This document shows positions 1 through 14,852 of a stretch of DNA of 64,000 bases, piece by piece; the first letter of the stretch is position 1, and the number at the start of each line of letters is the position of its first letter. Origin of the DNA: the human T2T-CHM13v2.0 reference genome, Homo sapiens; assembly GCF_009914755.1 (NCBI RefSeq), contig NC_060925.1, one strand, 5' to 3'. The notes below the pieces were generated by a model, which was not told the DNA's origin, did not search any database, and worked only from the letters and a program-made list of their open reading frames with translations. The position numbers and the translations under genes are program-made.

Positions 1-1468
1 TCTACTTCATAGGATTTGTATAATAATAATGTGCCTTGATGTGCACCCTCAATTTTTCTGCATCACATACTACAAATCCAGTAATAAATATACAAAGATT
101 TTTATAGACATAATTATCCTTATTCTCTATTTTCATATTGGAAAGAATAAATCAAAGGAAAAGGCAATTGTTCAGAGAAGTTAGCAATTTTAATAAGTTT
201 GGATACGAGATATAGACTTCTCACGATCTTTCTTATGCCTTGTCTATCCACTTATACCAAAACTTAATAAATCAGAACTCTGTAACTACTTTCAAAAGTA
301 TTCATTCAAAACTACCTATTTGAAGTACTCTTCAGAATGACATAAAAAGAACAAAAACAATGTATTTCTTGATCATTTAAACAACGAAATGTATCAGAGA
401 ATACTGTAGATAATACCATTCCCCTTTGTAAAAGAGGCTCATATGGTTGTTTTAGAATTACCTTGTGCAAGGACTGCAAAATAAACAATTTACCTCTTGG
501 ACTTTTAAACAATGAAGTATACCATAGAAAATTGTGGATCATATTGATATTCTGTTTATACAAAGTTCTTATAGGTATAAAAATTTTTAGACTAGCTTTT
601 AAAAATTCTTTGCACTTTCTTACATTGATCAAGTAAGGATAACTTGAACTGTAAAAGTTACTTAAATAACCTATGGCACTGAATTAGAAATGAACAGAAA
701 AAAGTACTACAATTACAGATTTATTTCTGGTTTAATTAATGCTATAAACTTATTTCTTCCTCAAATAAGGAACACAAATGGAGCCTCCCCTATTTCCTCT
801 TCTCAGAAAGCCAAAATTATATAAATTTTCTCATAGCTATTTTCTTTTATGTATTCCAGTATTACTGATGGTTTCAGGAAAAAAAAAGATACACACTATG
901 GAGATAATAATAATTTATCAGTAAGAGTTACTAAAAGTTACTAAATAAAGGAAAAGTATTCAAAATTTGGACAACTAATATAATTAATGTGAATTCCACA
1001 TGTACATTCACAAAAACAAAGAACAAGAAATTATCACGAATAATTTAACCAGAATTCTGGTTTTGACTTTTCATTGCAAAAAAATAAATAGTAGTATTTC
1101 CACTTATTTTCTTAGGCAAGTGAATGTCTGTACAGCTTCAACATAAAATTATTCAACTGTAAAATGATGTTAAGATATACTTCATAGAATTAAGCAATCA
1201 AATATATACAGAAAAATATTTACATGCACAAACACATACACATAAACAACTAGACTTTTGACAAACATTAAAACTTGCAATTACATTATAAAAAATTGGT
1301 TGACAATTTTAGAAGAGTAAAAGGACTACCTTAATTTATTAATAACACATTTAAATCCTATTTATATAAATAATACCTCCCTTACTTTCCAAGTGACAGA
1401 ACTGATTATCTGACTGATAAACACTGTACTTTAATCAAAGTCACAAGGATATTAGAAAATATAACTTA

Positions 1469-1766
<298 letters not shown>

Positions 1767-2671
1767 TTAAATCCAGGATTTCAGGGTTCAATCAAACCAC
1801 ATTGCCAAAAGTCCAGTTACCTTTGTATTACCAATACTGCATTAAGCTTCCTGGGAACATTTATAAAGATTTTAATTCTAAGGTGACTATACTCACCTTT
1901 ACTTGCGACCACCACCACTTAAGGCAAATGAAGGATTTCAGCTGATTTATCAAAATCATTAATTTTTATTCTTACAAGCTTATTTTCAAATATAGTCTGC
2001 ATCCATGTTTAACATAGTGCCTGTTTCACCATACTGGGCAGACAGAAATGTCTATACCATTTTAGCTGAACTGTATCTACCAAAGCTATATAATTTTTAA
2101 AAATTAAATAAAAATTCAAAATACTATGCCCAGGAGGATATTTTGCTCCAGACTCAGTCAACAGAAGTTTTAAAACAATATAAAGAAATAAATGATTGTA
2201 TACTGAAAAGCTGAAAACAAGCTTTTCCTATGGAAAAATTTAGAGTGAGGAAAATAACATTCTGTCTTACTATATTCCTATTTTAAAAATTCCATCAACA
2301 ATTTTGTCTATCATTGACGTTAAAGCATGGGCACACAGAATCCAGTGAACAAAAAAGTCACAATAGCTGGATATTAGTTTCTACAATTATAAAATGGAGA
2401 GCCAAAAACTGAATATTAGAAACTTTCTAACGTATTTTTACTTATTCTACACCTTTTGACTCAATATCTATTTGCTATGGGAGACACAGAGATAGAACAG
2501 TTCCAATTCTCAATTATTACTTTAGTTGTGTAGACACAGAGTTACAACCCAGTGTAAATGCTCTTGAAACCTACAGAAAGCATCACCTAACTTAACCTGG
2601 AGAGTCAGGAAAAGTCTCTAGAGAAGTACTTGTGCTGAAATTAGGTTTGTTTCAAAAGATAGCTACATTAA

Positions 2672-2971
<300 letters not shown>

Positions 2972-3680
2972 CATTAACTCTTAAAAGATAAGTGTTCTAC
3001 CAGTAACAATTAGTGAGTGGTCTGTAATCTATCACAACTGTATAGAGTTATGTTCTGGGAACTTTAAGTGGCTCAAAATAATTAGATAGTACATTATGTG
3101 CAGCAGATGAGTGGGAGCAGATTAATTTGAAGAGAAGGTCAGAAGCCAGATCATAAAGTTATTATATGTCATGCTGCATACAAGTTTAAATTTTATTCTA
3201 AGAAAAAGAGGAGACTATGAAGCGATTGTAAGCAGTGGAATAAAATCAGTTTTCAGAAAGTTCATCTTGAAGAGAAAAGAGTCTTCAAGACTCTTTTCAT
3301 CTCTTCAGACAAAGAGTGTGTCTGAAATACCCATAAATAGTATCTAGAGAAAAGAGAACCAAGAATATAACATAAATAACACCAAAATTTTAGGTGTAGA
3401 TGGACAAAAAAGGCCCAAAAGAGAAGGTGAGGACATAAGTAAAACAAAGAAAAGACAATGTCAGGAAAATCCAGAAAAACACAATGTCAAGAGTGACAGA
3501 GTACCAAATAAGAATTTAAACAGATAACCAGAGAATGGAAAGTACACCCTAAATGTAAAAATTAATAGACAATAGACAATTATAAAGAATTTTTAAAACA
3601 CATTTTATTTCAATTAAATTGTATCAAATAGCATAGCTAATATTTTAGTAAATTAGCTCTTGTTAAAAACATCAAAGAAT

Positions 3681-3964
3681 GGCCAGGCTTGGTAGATGGG
3701 AAGCAGAGGCAGGAAGATCCCTTGAGGCCAAGAATTTGAGACCAGCCTAAGCAACATAGTGAGACTCTATCTGTACAAAAAAAAATTAAAAAATTAGCTA
3801 TTTGTGGTGGCACACACCCATAGTTCCAGCTAATTGGGAGACTGAGGTGAGTGGATTGCTTGATCCTAGGAGGCTGAGGCTGCAGTGAGTGATGATTGTA
3901 CCACAGTGCTCCACCTCTGGGCAACAGAGCAAGACTCTGTCTCCAAAAAAAATTTAAAAAAAAA
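3681..3964 (+). mobile_element. AluJ (left-arm deletion)
   Basis: Diverged Alu with J-type right arm; TSD-like aaaa(c)atcaaaga. Confidence 0.9.
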
Positions 3965-4074
3965 ATCAAAGATTAAGGGAAAAAAAAATTAAAATCATTA
4001 TCCCATAGAATTTTGTTCATTCAAAAGCAAACTACAGTTTTAATTTTATTTTTTAAGAAAAGCATAAAGACTTT

Positions 4075-5420
4075 TATTGAGAGCTAAAACTATAAAATTC
4101 TTAGAAGAAAACATATGAAGAAAGCTTTGAAAGACTGGATTTGGAAAAGATTTCTTGGATATGACACCAAAAGCACAGGCAACAAAAGACAAAAACTAGA
4201 TAAATTGGACTTCATTAAAATTAAAAACTTTTGTGCATCAAACAATACTATCAAAAGAACAAAAAGGCAGGCAAACCATAGATTGGGATAGAATACTCGC
4301 AAATCATCTATCTAATAAGAAATGAATATTTGAATATATGAAGGACTCTTACGATTCAACAACAAAAAACGCAACATGATTTAAAAATGGGCAAAGGACT
4401 TGAACAGACCTTCTACAACTTTTGACTCAATACCTATTTGCTATTGAGACACAGATAAAAGAGTTCCAACAAGTACTTCTCTAGAGACTTTTCCTGACTC
4501 TCCAGGTTGACTTAGGTGATGCTTGCTGTGTTCCCAGAGCATTTATCCCAGGTTGTAATTTTCTGTCTGCACAATTAAAGACCTTCTCCAAAGAAGCTAT
4601 AAAAATGGCAAGTAAATGTCCAATATCACTAACCATTAAGGAAATGCAAATTAAAACCACAACAATACACCACTTTGCACATACATTACAAAACTATTAA
4701 CCAAAAAAGAAAAGAAACGAAAAGAGCGAGTATTGGCAAGATTGTGAGGGAAACGGAACCCTTGTACATTACTGATGGGAATGAAAAATGTGGACACTGT
4801 GGAAAATGTGGACACTGTGGAAAATGCTCTCACGATTCCTCAAAAAATTAAATGCAGAATTATCTTACTACCCAGTAATTCCACTTTTAGGTATATACCC
4901 AAAAGGATTGAACCCAAGGGCTGGAACATTATTTGTACAAACATTTTCATAGCTATATTATTCACAATAGCCAAAAAGTAGAGGAAGCACCCCCAGTGTC
5001 CATTGACAGAAGAATGAATGAACAAACTGGGGTGTATTGATATTCAGTCTTAAAAAGAAAAAAATTCTGACACATGCTGCAACATGGATGAATCTTGAAG
5101 ACATTATGCTAAATGAAATAAGCCAGTCACTTGGCAAATAAGGACAAATACTGTGTGAGTCCACTTATATGAGATACATAGACTATTCAGATTCATACAG
5201 ATGATACAATGGTGGTTGCCAGGGATGGTAAGGGTTGGGGAGGAATGAGTAGATACTGTTTAATGGATACAGACAGAGTTTTAGACTGGCAAGGAAAAAA
5301 GATGTATGGTATTGATGATTGCAGATCAACATTAATGTACTTAATGTCACAAAACTATACACTTAAAAATGGTTAAAATGGTAAGTTTTGTGTTATAAGT
5401 ATTTTACCACAATTTAAAAA
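4075..5420 (+). mobile_element. Old L1 (L1MB-like) 3' fragment ending about 20 nt from the exon 6 donor
   Basis: ORF2 C-terminal remnant and 3'UTR ending atggttaaaatggtaagttttgtgttataagtattttaccacaatttaaaaa. Confidence 0.8.
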
Positions 5421-5439
5421 TGGGGAAAAAATAGCTTAC

Positions 5440-5509
5440 CAGTTCCTTAGCCAAGTAATCTGCAAGAGTATTTAGAAGCTTGTAATACACTTCAAACCAG
5501 GGAAGGTAA
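5440..5509 (-). CDS. DENND1B: DENND1B coding exon (exon 6, 70 nt)
   Basis: ttttacag|TTACCTTCCCTGG...AAGGAACTG|gtaagc; (S)YLPWFEVYYKLLNTLADYLAKEL; phase 2 to 0, continuous with exon 5. Confidence 0.97.
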
Positions 5510-7352
5510 CTGTAAAATAATTATTTTAAAATGTATATACATAAAATTCAGAATCAGAAAACAGACAATATAAACATTTAATTCATATTAATTCAAACAG
5601 GTTAATCCTGGAGGTCAAAAAAGAACTATACCCATTTTCTTTACTTTTTCAGCAAAGTTTTACATATTATTTATTACTAGTTTTCATAAAACAAATCAGA
5701 ATCTAGAGTTCTATTTAAAAAGCTGTTCATTACATACTTCTATTTTACATCAGCAATATTTAAAATTATTTTCATGGTATTCAATAAAAGCATGCATAAG
5801 ATAAAAATTAACCACTGTAAAAAAATCATATAAAAACTAGTTTTAAAAAGCTTTTAAAACAAAAGATATCAAAAATATCTCCTTTTAATATGTTACTGGA
5901 GTATATAATACAACAAAACTATGTGTTTTTCAATTCTTCAGAAATGATGTTTAAGAATGATGGCAAATTTCAAAATAACTCAATACACATATCAAAAAGA
6001 CTATTCTAAAAATTATAAAAAATTTTAAATGACTTTTATATATCAAAACCAAATATAATTCAAAATTTAATTCATTGTACTAGATAAAACTATAATTTTT
6101 ATGATAGCAAAATATTAAATCCAAAAATCATTTATATAAAACAAAATCTATATTCCTTATTAAAAATTAAAATAGTATATTTTTTAATGTCTAAAGATTT
6201 TAATGTTAAACTGTACACTTTTCATGTAGAATAAGAGGAAATCACAAAATACACTGTTGTTAATTATCAATTGACAAATACTCAAGACTTTTCTTCAAAG
6301 CATTAATACAACATGCTACTTTTAAGAGAAAATATTGTGATGCTTTTACTACATAATTGTACACAGATTAATAGTACATACACATAACATGTAAAATTTA
6401 AAAATCAGTAAGTAGAACGTAAAAAAAGAATTCTAACAGGATTTTTTTTCATATAATGTCTGATTTGTTAGTGACTATGAATGATGCCATTTGAATCAGA
6501 AACTGAAAGTAGTAATAAAAGAGGAATTTAGGTAAACTACAGTATCTTTACTCAGCAGAATGTTATAGCGTTATTTAAAATGATAATTACAAATACTACG
6601 TAATGATATGAAAACTGATATGATACTTTAAAATATCTACCCAACTCTGGTTAAATCTAACATATTGACTGTATGTAATTATCTCTGTGTCCTCTGGAAA
6701 TAACTCCAAAATGACAATAAATGAATAAAAAGGGTATATATTAATGAATACAAGCAAAATGGAGGAAAAAACAATAGCAATGCAGGTGGATGACTTTGTA
6801 AATATGGTAAGCAGAAAGATAACTAACAGCAGAAAAGAGTAAACCAAAACCTAAATGCCATTAGAAAGGAAAAGGACCAGCAGAAGTGCTCCCTAAAGAG
6901 TTCTGAAACACTGATTTAACAGTATCTCAAAGAAAAAAGCCCCTCGAAGTCCTATTTTCTTGGAATGAAACCCACTACTATACATGCAATGTTTCCAAAT
7001 CAGTTTAATACCTTCCTTTTGAATACAAATTAATAGCCAACCACCAGATATTTGAGGAAACACAAATACAAAATGTTTATATTGAACATAAAAGGAACTA
7101 CAAGTAAATATAGACAATACAAACAGCTGAAGAGAACTCCAAAACTTATATTTAATATCCTTAGGAGCTGAATTAAGAGCAGGAAGCTATTAAAAAAAAA
7201 CTAAACTTTTCTAAAAAGTAAAGATAGAAAGTTTTAGACAGGAAGAAAGAGCTTTAAGAAATTCTAAAGTCAGAAAAAAATTAAAGTCAATAGAAAGTTT
7301 AGATGATAACTCCAGAAAATCTCCCAGAAACTAGAATAAAAAGATAAACAAT

Positions 7353-7501
7353 GCTTGTAAGTTCTATTCCTAGGTATTTTATTATCTTTGTAGCAGCAAA
7401 CCACCATGGCATGTGTATACCTATGTAACAAACCTGCATGTTCTGCACATGTATCCCAGAACTTAAAGTATAATAAATAATAATAATTTATGTTCATAAC
7501 A
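7353..7501 (+). mobile_element. Tiny 5'-inverted L1PA insertion with TSDs
   Basis: Inverted ORF2 piece at 7354-7395, sense L1PA 3' end at 7393-7475, then an A-rich tail; TSD aaaaagataaa(c/t)aat at 7338-7352 and 7502-7516. Confidence 0.8.
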
Positions 7502-9704
7502 AAAAAGATAAATAATAAGAGAAAAATATTACACTATCAGGCCATCAATCTCAACTATCATATAGCTATAGTCATTCCATAAAGAAAAAATAGAGGAAAG
7601 AAATGAATGAAAGTTTCATTTTAAAGAATGACTGGAAATTTTCCCAGAACTTCAGACATGAGTCTCCAGACTGAAAGAATGAGTGAATGAACAGCACAAA
7701 GAATGTTCCAAACCAGAGTATCACTGTGAAATTCCAAAACAAGGGATAGAAGAGTGCCTAAGAGTTTCCAAAGAGACAAAACAAGTAACAAAGGGATCAA
7801 GTTCAAAAATGTCATCAAACCTCTCAACAGCAATAAGGAAAGTTAGAAGATAATGCCTTCAAAATACAAAGGTTAAATTCTTTGCACTCAAGACTTCTAT
7901 GTCCAGACAAACTATCAATAAAGTGTGAGAACAGATTAACAGCATTTTCAGTCAGGCAAGGACTCAAAACTTCACCTCCTAAGACATCCTAAAGGATGGC
8001 TAAAATAAAATAAAGGAGATGAAAAAGAAGGAATACACGGATGTAGGAGGCAAGAAATCTAAGACCATGGAAGAACAGTTGTGCAAAGGCCTCGAGAGCA
8101 ACCAGCCCAGACTGAATCAGGAATGAAGGCTCTAGGAGGGAGATGCTGGAACGGGGTGTTTACAATAAGCATATTGACAACTTTGCCTGGAAGCCTGGAA
8201 AAATCTGGACAGGTATGTGACACATCTGTGACAGTTTTTGGGGAATCTAAAAATTAGAAATTACTATTGGTAATCTCAATTTTCCTACTTAAATTACTTA
8301 ACTCTTCAAGCCCCAGTGCTTAGATCGCTATTTTACTATGTGTATCTTCCACTTACAAATAAAACCCTTAAAAATTACTAATACTTTTATAATACTAACT
8401 AAATATAATGCAAATCAGCACATCATAGTTTCTGCATTCACTATAACTCAAAGAAATAGTTTTCATGGCAAATTTCCTTCCACCAAGACACATAATCCTT
8501 AGTTAGAGCCTAATTGCTTTCATTTGTAGTCATTTCAAACTCACATTTCAACTTTTAATAGCCTGAAGAAATTGCTATTTCCAGACAATTTCAATGTGTC
8601 ATGTAGTTCAGACCTAAAAATTCAGATGAGACCTAATCTATTCAAAGAACATGCTGGTCTGTTTCTATCCAACTCTCAAGGAGCTTTAGATAAAGCAAAA
8701 TGTATTGATTGTAGGTGGCTGCATGTCTACCTGTTAATGCTTACATTGTCATTTTCACCTTATTTAAATAAAGTGAGGCCTTTGGTAACCTTAATTTTTC
8801 TTTCATGGTCTACTATAAAAACTATATACATAACAATAATTATGTTATTAGAAAGTGAGATAATGTTTTTCATTCTAGACCAAAAACCCTTAACATTTCT
8901 TTCAATGTTCTGGTTTTCTGAACTTTATATTATTGTTTTTCACTGGTTATCTTCCCCTTTTAATTTCCTTTCAAATTGCAAAGGCACATCAGAATCAGAT
9001 TTTTCATTAAGAAGCTAATTTATACAGATAAATATAATTTATCTGTAAGACTATATCCTTGTCTTTGAATAAATAATTAATATATCCATATTTAAGTTAC
9101 TTTTAAAAATTTAAACAGTTTTTATTTGTGCTAGGCATTTTGGTATCTACGTAATTATTACTGTTTTTTACATGTCCAAGATAATAAGCTTTATTGAATT
9201 TCATCCTGGTACCAGGCTATGACTTCATCTATAAATCAAACTATGACTTCATCTATAAATTAAACTAACACTGTTTAGAAATAAGCTTTACCCTTATGGG
9301 ATATTTCTCATAGTCATCTCTAAGGCCCCAAAATACTTTATTATTTCTATTTGGGGAGTATAACTCACTAGTTAGTTATACGTCCATCTAGGGGTTGAGA
9401 GCAGAATCTAAGAATCATAGAATTTATGTGTTAAAACAATTGGAAGTGCAGGAAGTAAAATTACTTAAGGAGTAACTATATGAATGACAGTACATTGGAT
9501 ACTTATATGTATTATCTCATTTAATTCTTACACTAATGCTTTGATACATACTTGACTAAGATAAAGCAACTTATCTAGGGTCACAAAGCTATGGAATGGC
9601 AATCTTGGGATTAGAACCCTAATCAACCTGAGTAATATATGCTCAGGGGTCTACCACAGACAGTCTATCACCCTATCTTGGCGTGTATTTCTATATAGCG
9701 AGCC

Positions 9705-9843
9705 TTTTTTAAAAAATATATACTTTAAGTTCTAGGGTACACGTGCACAATGTGCAGGTTTGTTACATGTGTGTGTATACATGTGCCATGTTGGTGTGCT
9801 GCACCCATTAACTTGTCATTTACTTTAAGTATATCTGCTAATG
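9705..9843 (-). mobile_element. Short L1PA (about PA4-6) 3'-end insertion
   Basis: tactttaagttctagggtacacgtgcacaatgtgcaggtttgttac...; TSD ta(t/c)ag(c/t)gagcctttt on both sides. Confidence 0.85.
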
Positions 9844-10599
9844 TACAGTGAGCCTTTTAATAAACATGTTCAATGACCAGGCATTTCAGGCAGCTAAATG
9901 AACTGAGACAAAAATCATTCTGTTGTAATCTTAAAACAGCCTGCCTATATGTCCTATCCACTGAAGCAAATTCTATCTTCTAAAATTCATTTGTTTATTT
10001 AACATTCAGAGCATTACCTTTATGACTTTTAAATTATAGTTTGTTCATAGGGGCAAATTTCCCAACAAATAAAGGTCTATTCAATGTGATTCTTTAAAGT
10101 AACATTTTGGTAAACCCTTCCAATTTTAAGTTTGGTATTGCTTCTGTGTTCATCACTGTGGATAAAAATTTTGAAAAGGATATGGCCTGCAAAAGTCTTC
10201 AAGATGCCTCCCAAAATAACACCAATTATTTATCAACATTCTAAGTATGAAATTTTAACCTAATCAAAAGACTCATAATTGTATCATCTAACCAACACTT
10301 TTCTCTGCACATAATTTGTTTGTGAAATATTAGAACAGACTCAAATTTCAACTACAGCACTCCCTGTTACATCAGTATGTACTATCACCATAATAAACCA
10401 AGCCTAGTTATAAACAATGCTCTCTTTGTAAACATGTACTGGCTCTCAGTGATAACTTTCTCCTTTTAAAGAGTACATATCATTCATTTTTTAAATAAAA
10501 ACATCACATATAAAAGTGGAACTACTCTATAACGTAGCCATTGCTCCTAGAAACGTCAAGAAAGCAAGGACATTTTCTGTTGTAAATAAACAAGCATCT

Positions 10600-10960
10600 A
10601 CAGCAAACAGTGCTAACTGGCTATTTGCAGGCTGCTTCTATCCTAAGGGCATATTTTGTTTGGTCAACACTGTACTGTTGTTTAATTAAATAAGTTGCCA
10701 ACTTCCAAATCTGATATAATTCACTGTAAAAATCCAGACTTCTTGTTTCTCTTAAAAGTCAAAAGAACTGGTAATACTGGCCACACATTTTTCACTGTGC
10801 AACAAATTCCTAGGGCTGAGTTGTGGCTTCTGTCTTTGAGTGTGGCATGTACTATTCAGATCACCGTACTTACCCCAACTTCCTATTGTTAGGCACCTAA
10901 CAGGTTTCTCTCATTTGAGTCCCTTACCTGGTCTACATAGGTAATTGAATTCACAACTCC
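10600..10960. mobile_element. MER102-like hAT-Charlie relic
   Basis: aaaatccagacttcttgtttctcttaaaagtcaaaagaactggtaatactggccacacattt resembles the MER102 core. Confidence 0.55.
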
Positions 10961-11140
10961 TGATAAGAAGCAACTGCTCAACAGGAAATCCTACCGACTA
11001 CTCACTTTCTTATCTGACAAGAAAATGATCCAGGGTATACAAAGTAGTCCAGTAATTCCAATTTTAACTATACTCTAAGTACACTTTAAGTCTAAATATA
11101 TGGCAAAAACAACATCATTTTTAAAAAGAAAACTTTTGAA

Positions 11141-11179
11141 ACACACACATACACACACACACACACACAGAGAGAGAGA
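11141..11179. repeat. (CA)n(GA)n compound microsatellite
   Basis: Read directly from the sequence. Confidence 0.9.
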
Positions 11180-13993
11180 TAAAAAATACTGTAAATTATA
11201 TAAGCTTATGTTGCTAGAGTAAGAAATGTTATTTTCAAGTCTTTATTTTGTGGTTTCTTAGGGAATTTTCAAACGATACATGCTCAAAGCAACTAATTTT
11301 AAACTGATTATCAATAAGGTAAAATGTTAAAATGTTTTTCACTAAATTTTACAGTCCCAAAGACAGTCAAAGTCTGTATTCTTACAACAGACCACAAAAA
11401 TCCTAGGAAGTTAAAAAAAATTACTCGACATATTGTAACAAGTGAATAAGACACTTCACTTGAATTTTTAAAATTGAACAAAGAATAACTGTGACTCTCG
11501 CACTCTTGCCAACATATATAAATGTAAAACATTATGAGCAATTATTTTAAAACAAAGTACAGGAGATTAGTTAAAATTTAATTGTAAGATCATTTCCTTA
11601 ATTTTCTGTAAAGACATAAGGCAAAAGAGAGAGATATACATAAAGTCATGAGTCCATTTTGTGGTAGTAAGAAGACTTCCCCCACACTTCTACTTCCACT
11701 ATAGAGCTGATAAAACTTTTACATTCAAAAGTCAAAGGTTAAATAAAGGAAAGGAAATGTTTTTTGTCAAATAGTCAGGTAACCACTAAAGTCTAAGCAA
11801 TCAGCAGGAACCTAACTTATAGTAATCAAATAAAACTAAGGAAACTGCCTTTCCGTAGGAAAACATCTAATGTCTAGAGGCTGTTTTTCTGTCTGGAAAA
11901 TTGACACAAAATGTGTAAAATTGAAACATTCTGCTTCTAAGGGATTTGCCCAAAGGAAGAGTGTGAAAGCTTTAGGTTTGGAATGAGTTAAAGGGGGGAG
12001 GGGGAACTACAAAGGCCCTAAACATAAATCTGTCTTCCTTATTGGAGTATTTCATTTTGAACCCTTGGCGACAATTTTATAGTTATAAAATTATGTTAAT
12101 CAAATTAGGTTAAAAAGTTATTTCTTGCATTTTTGCTAGCATATGAAACAATTCTAAATACAAACAATTGCCAGATTTAAATTAGTAATATCTCAGGATA
12201 TTTTTGAAATCTTGTTAAAAGTAGGATAGACATGTCATAGAAAGAACAAAAGAACAGAACAGTGGCTCAAAATTAAATATCAACTTTTGTATTAAATAGG
12301 CCTAAATTCTAATTTTTTTTCTGAAAGGTGAACAAAATAAATAGAAATCAAAGAAATGTACTAACTTTCAAATCTTGTAATGGCATAAATCCAGGAGAAA
12401 ATGGACACGTGGTTTATATAGCATAGCATGCAATTTTCTCGGAACTCCGAGGTAAATGCAGATTACAGTAATTTCAAGTCCTATAATAGCATCATCCAGG
12501 AGTAGATAAAAGCAGCTTTAAAGCATTATATACAAATGTTCTAGCTTAGAACTCTAAGGACTAGAATAGTTTTTTGGGTTTTTTAAAAAATAATGCATAC
12601 ATGTCACTAAGCAGACCACTTGGCTATGGTAAACAAACACTAAATGATGTTGCTGTTAATTAATTGCCACATAGTATCATTAGTATCAACATCTTTAACC
12701 AAAAGAGTCTCTGCCAGTCAAGAAATCCAAACAAAATTATTTTCTGCTATTTCTAATGAAAATATTCTATCAATTTGTACTGTTTTACTTTACTTTGACT
12801 TGAAATATCTTAAAGCTTCTTAAATGTATGGCATTTTAATTATGTCTATGCTTCAACAAAAGCTCAAGAGACATTCATAAATATTTTTCTTTTACAATTT
12901 TTGGATTAAAAGACAACTTCAAACAGTAGAAGATAGCTCACAAATGAGAAGATTTTTATGAAAATATATTTTATCACAATAGAAAAAAATTAGTGTTTAG
13001 GATATTGGAAAGACAATAGGAGAAACATCAATTAATTTCTGTCCAAGAATCTTAATTCCTTTGCTTCTGACAATGAACTCTGGATAATCAAGCCATTATT
13101 ATCTCACAGTAGAATACCTACAAATGGAGAATGCTTCAGTATAAAGGCACTAACTTTGCACAAAAGGCACCTTTAAGGAGAAGGTATTAACATATTTTAA
13201 CATCCAAAAGTCATAATACACTACTGGTAAAGATATAAGAAAGTGATTAAATATAACCTATATTCAGAAGGGAAATATTTTTGTGTGAAATCTCAACTTA
13301 CAAGAAAAGAAACAACAGCAATGAACAATTGTCAGATTAAGCATGTGTAAACATTCTAGGCACTTATGGACAATATGAAAGCCACTGTAGCTTTTTCAAT
13401 TTATGAACTGCTTTAGATGCATTCATTCATTTTGCAAACTGTGAATAAAGACTACAGTTAATCATTTATTTTGACACAGAAAAATCTGTAAATGTATCTT
13501 AGCAAGTCTTTTGAAATAAAACTAGAACTAAATACCAAAACATAAGTGACAATTATGTGTTCACAAATATAAGTGATTTTTATTTTATCTTTTAAACTTC
13601 TCTGGATCCTCCAAATTTTCTATAGCAAATAAATTATTTTTGTTATCAGAAATATGGTTAAAGGCATATGTCTATGTCTTGCTTATGCAAGGATTTTATC
13701 AAACTTCTCAATAAATTTTGGCCCTATTAAGCACATGAATTCTAAAAGTGAGGTCACTCCTACAAAACTGATTGCAAACAAAAAGGCTTTTGCCAGCTAC
13801 TCATAAATAACTCAGAAAATGAGCATAGTTGATCTTCTCTCATATACTTCTGGAAGCAGCACAGTCTGTTATAAAGGAAGCTGGCCTGTAAATTAAGAGA
13901 CCTGACTACCCTAAACCATTGTATGAATAGCTCATTAGATAATCCTACCTTCCTTTTCCCCCTAAAATTACTAGTTATTCTAAGTCTTGGTTA

Positions 13994-14326
<333 letters not shown>

Positions 14327-14537
14327 TTAAGTAACCACTGTTGAAGAAGGAGAAAAAAGAAATTAATTTTAGGTGTCATAGAATTTCTCCAAGCATCTTA
14401 CAAATCATTGCCATCTGGTTGAACATTTTGTGTTGAAATTACAGAGAAACATCAATATCTGGCTCAAAGATTGTAAAGCCACCCCATCAGCAATATTTTT
14501 TTCTCTTTAAATCCCAATTTTCAAGGACACGGAATGA

Positions 14538-14852
<315 letters not shown>

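Noticed and set aside
8572-9018. 148-aa ORF and similar F/L/I-rich ORFs (312-632, 24916-25224, 28687-29040)
   Set aside because: Mostly non-ATG starts, AT-rich compositional bias, no recognisable domain or splice context.
9217-9265. Short tandem duplications (24-bp x2 here; 18-bp x2 at about 4785-4826; 12-bp x2 at about 33740)
   Set aside because: Ordinary slippage duplications.
11141-11179. UG repeat in the pre-mRNA as a TDP-43-repressed cryptic exon
   Set aside because: I could not identify a convincing adjacent donor/acceptor pair by eye.
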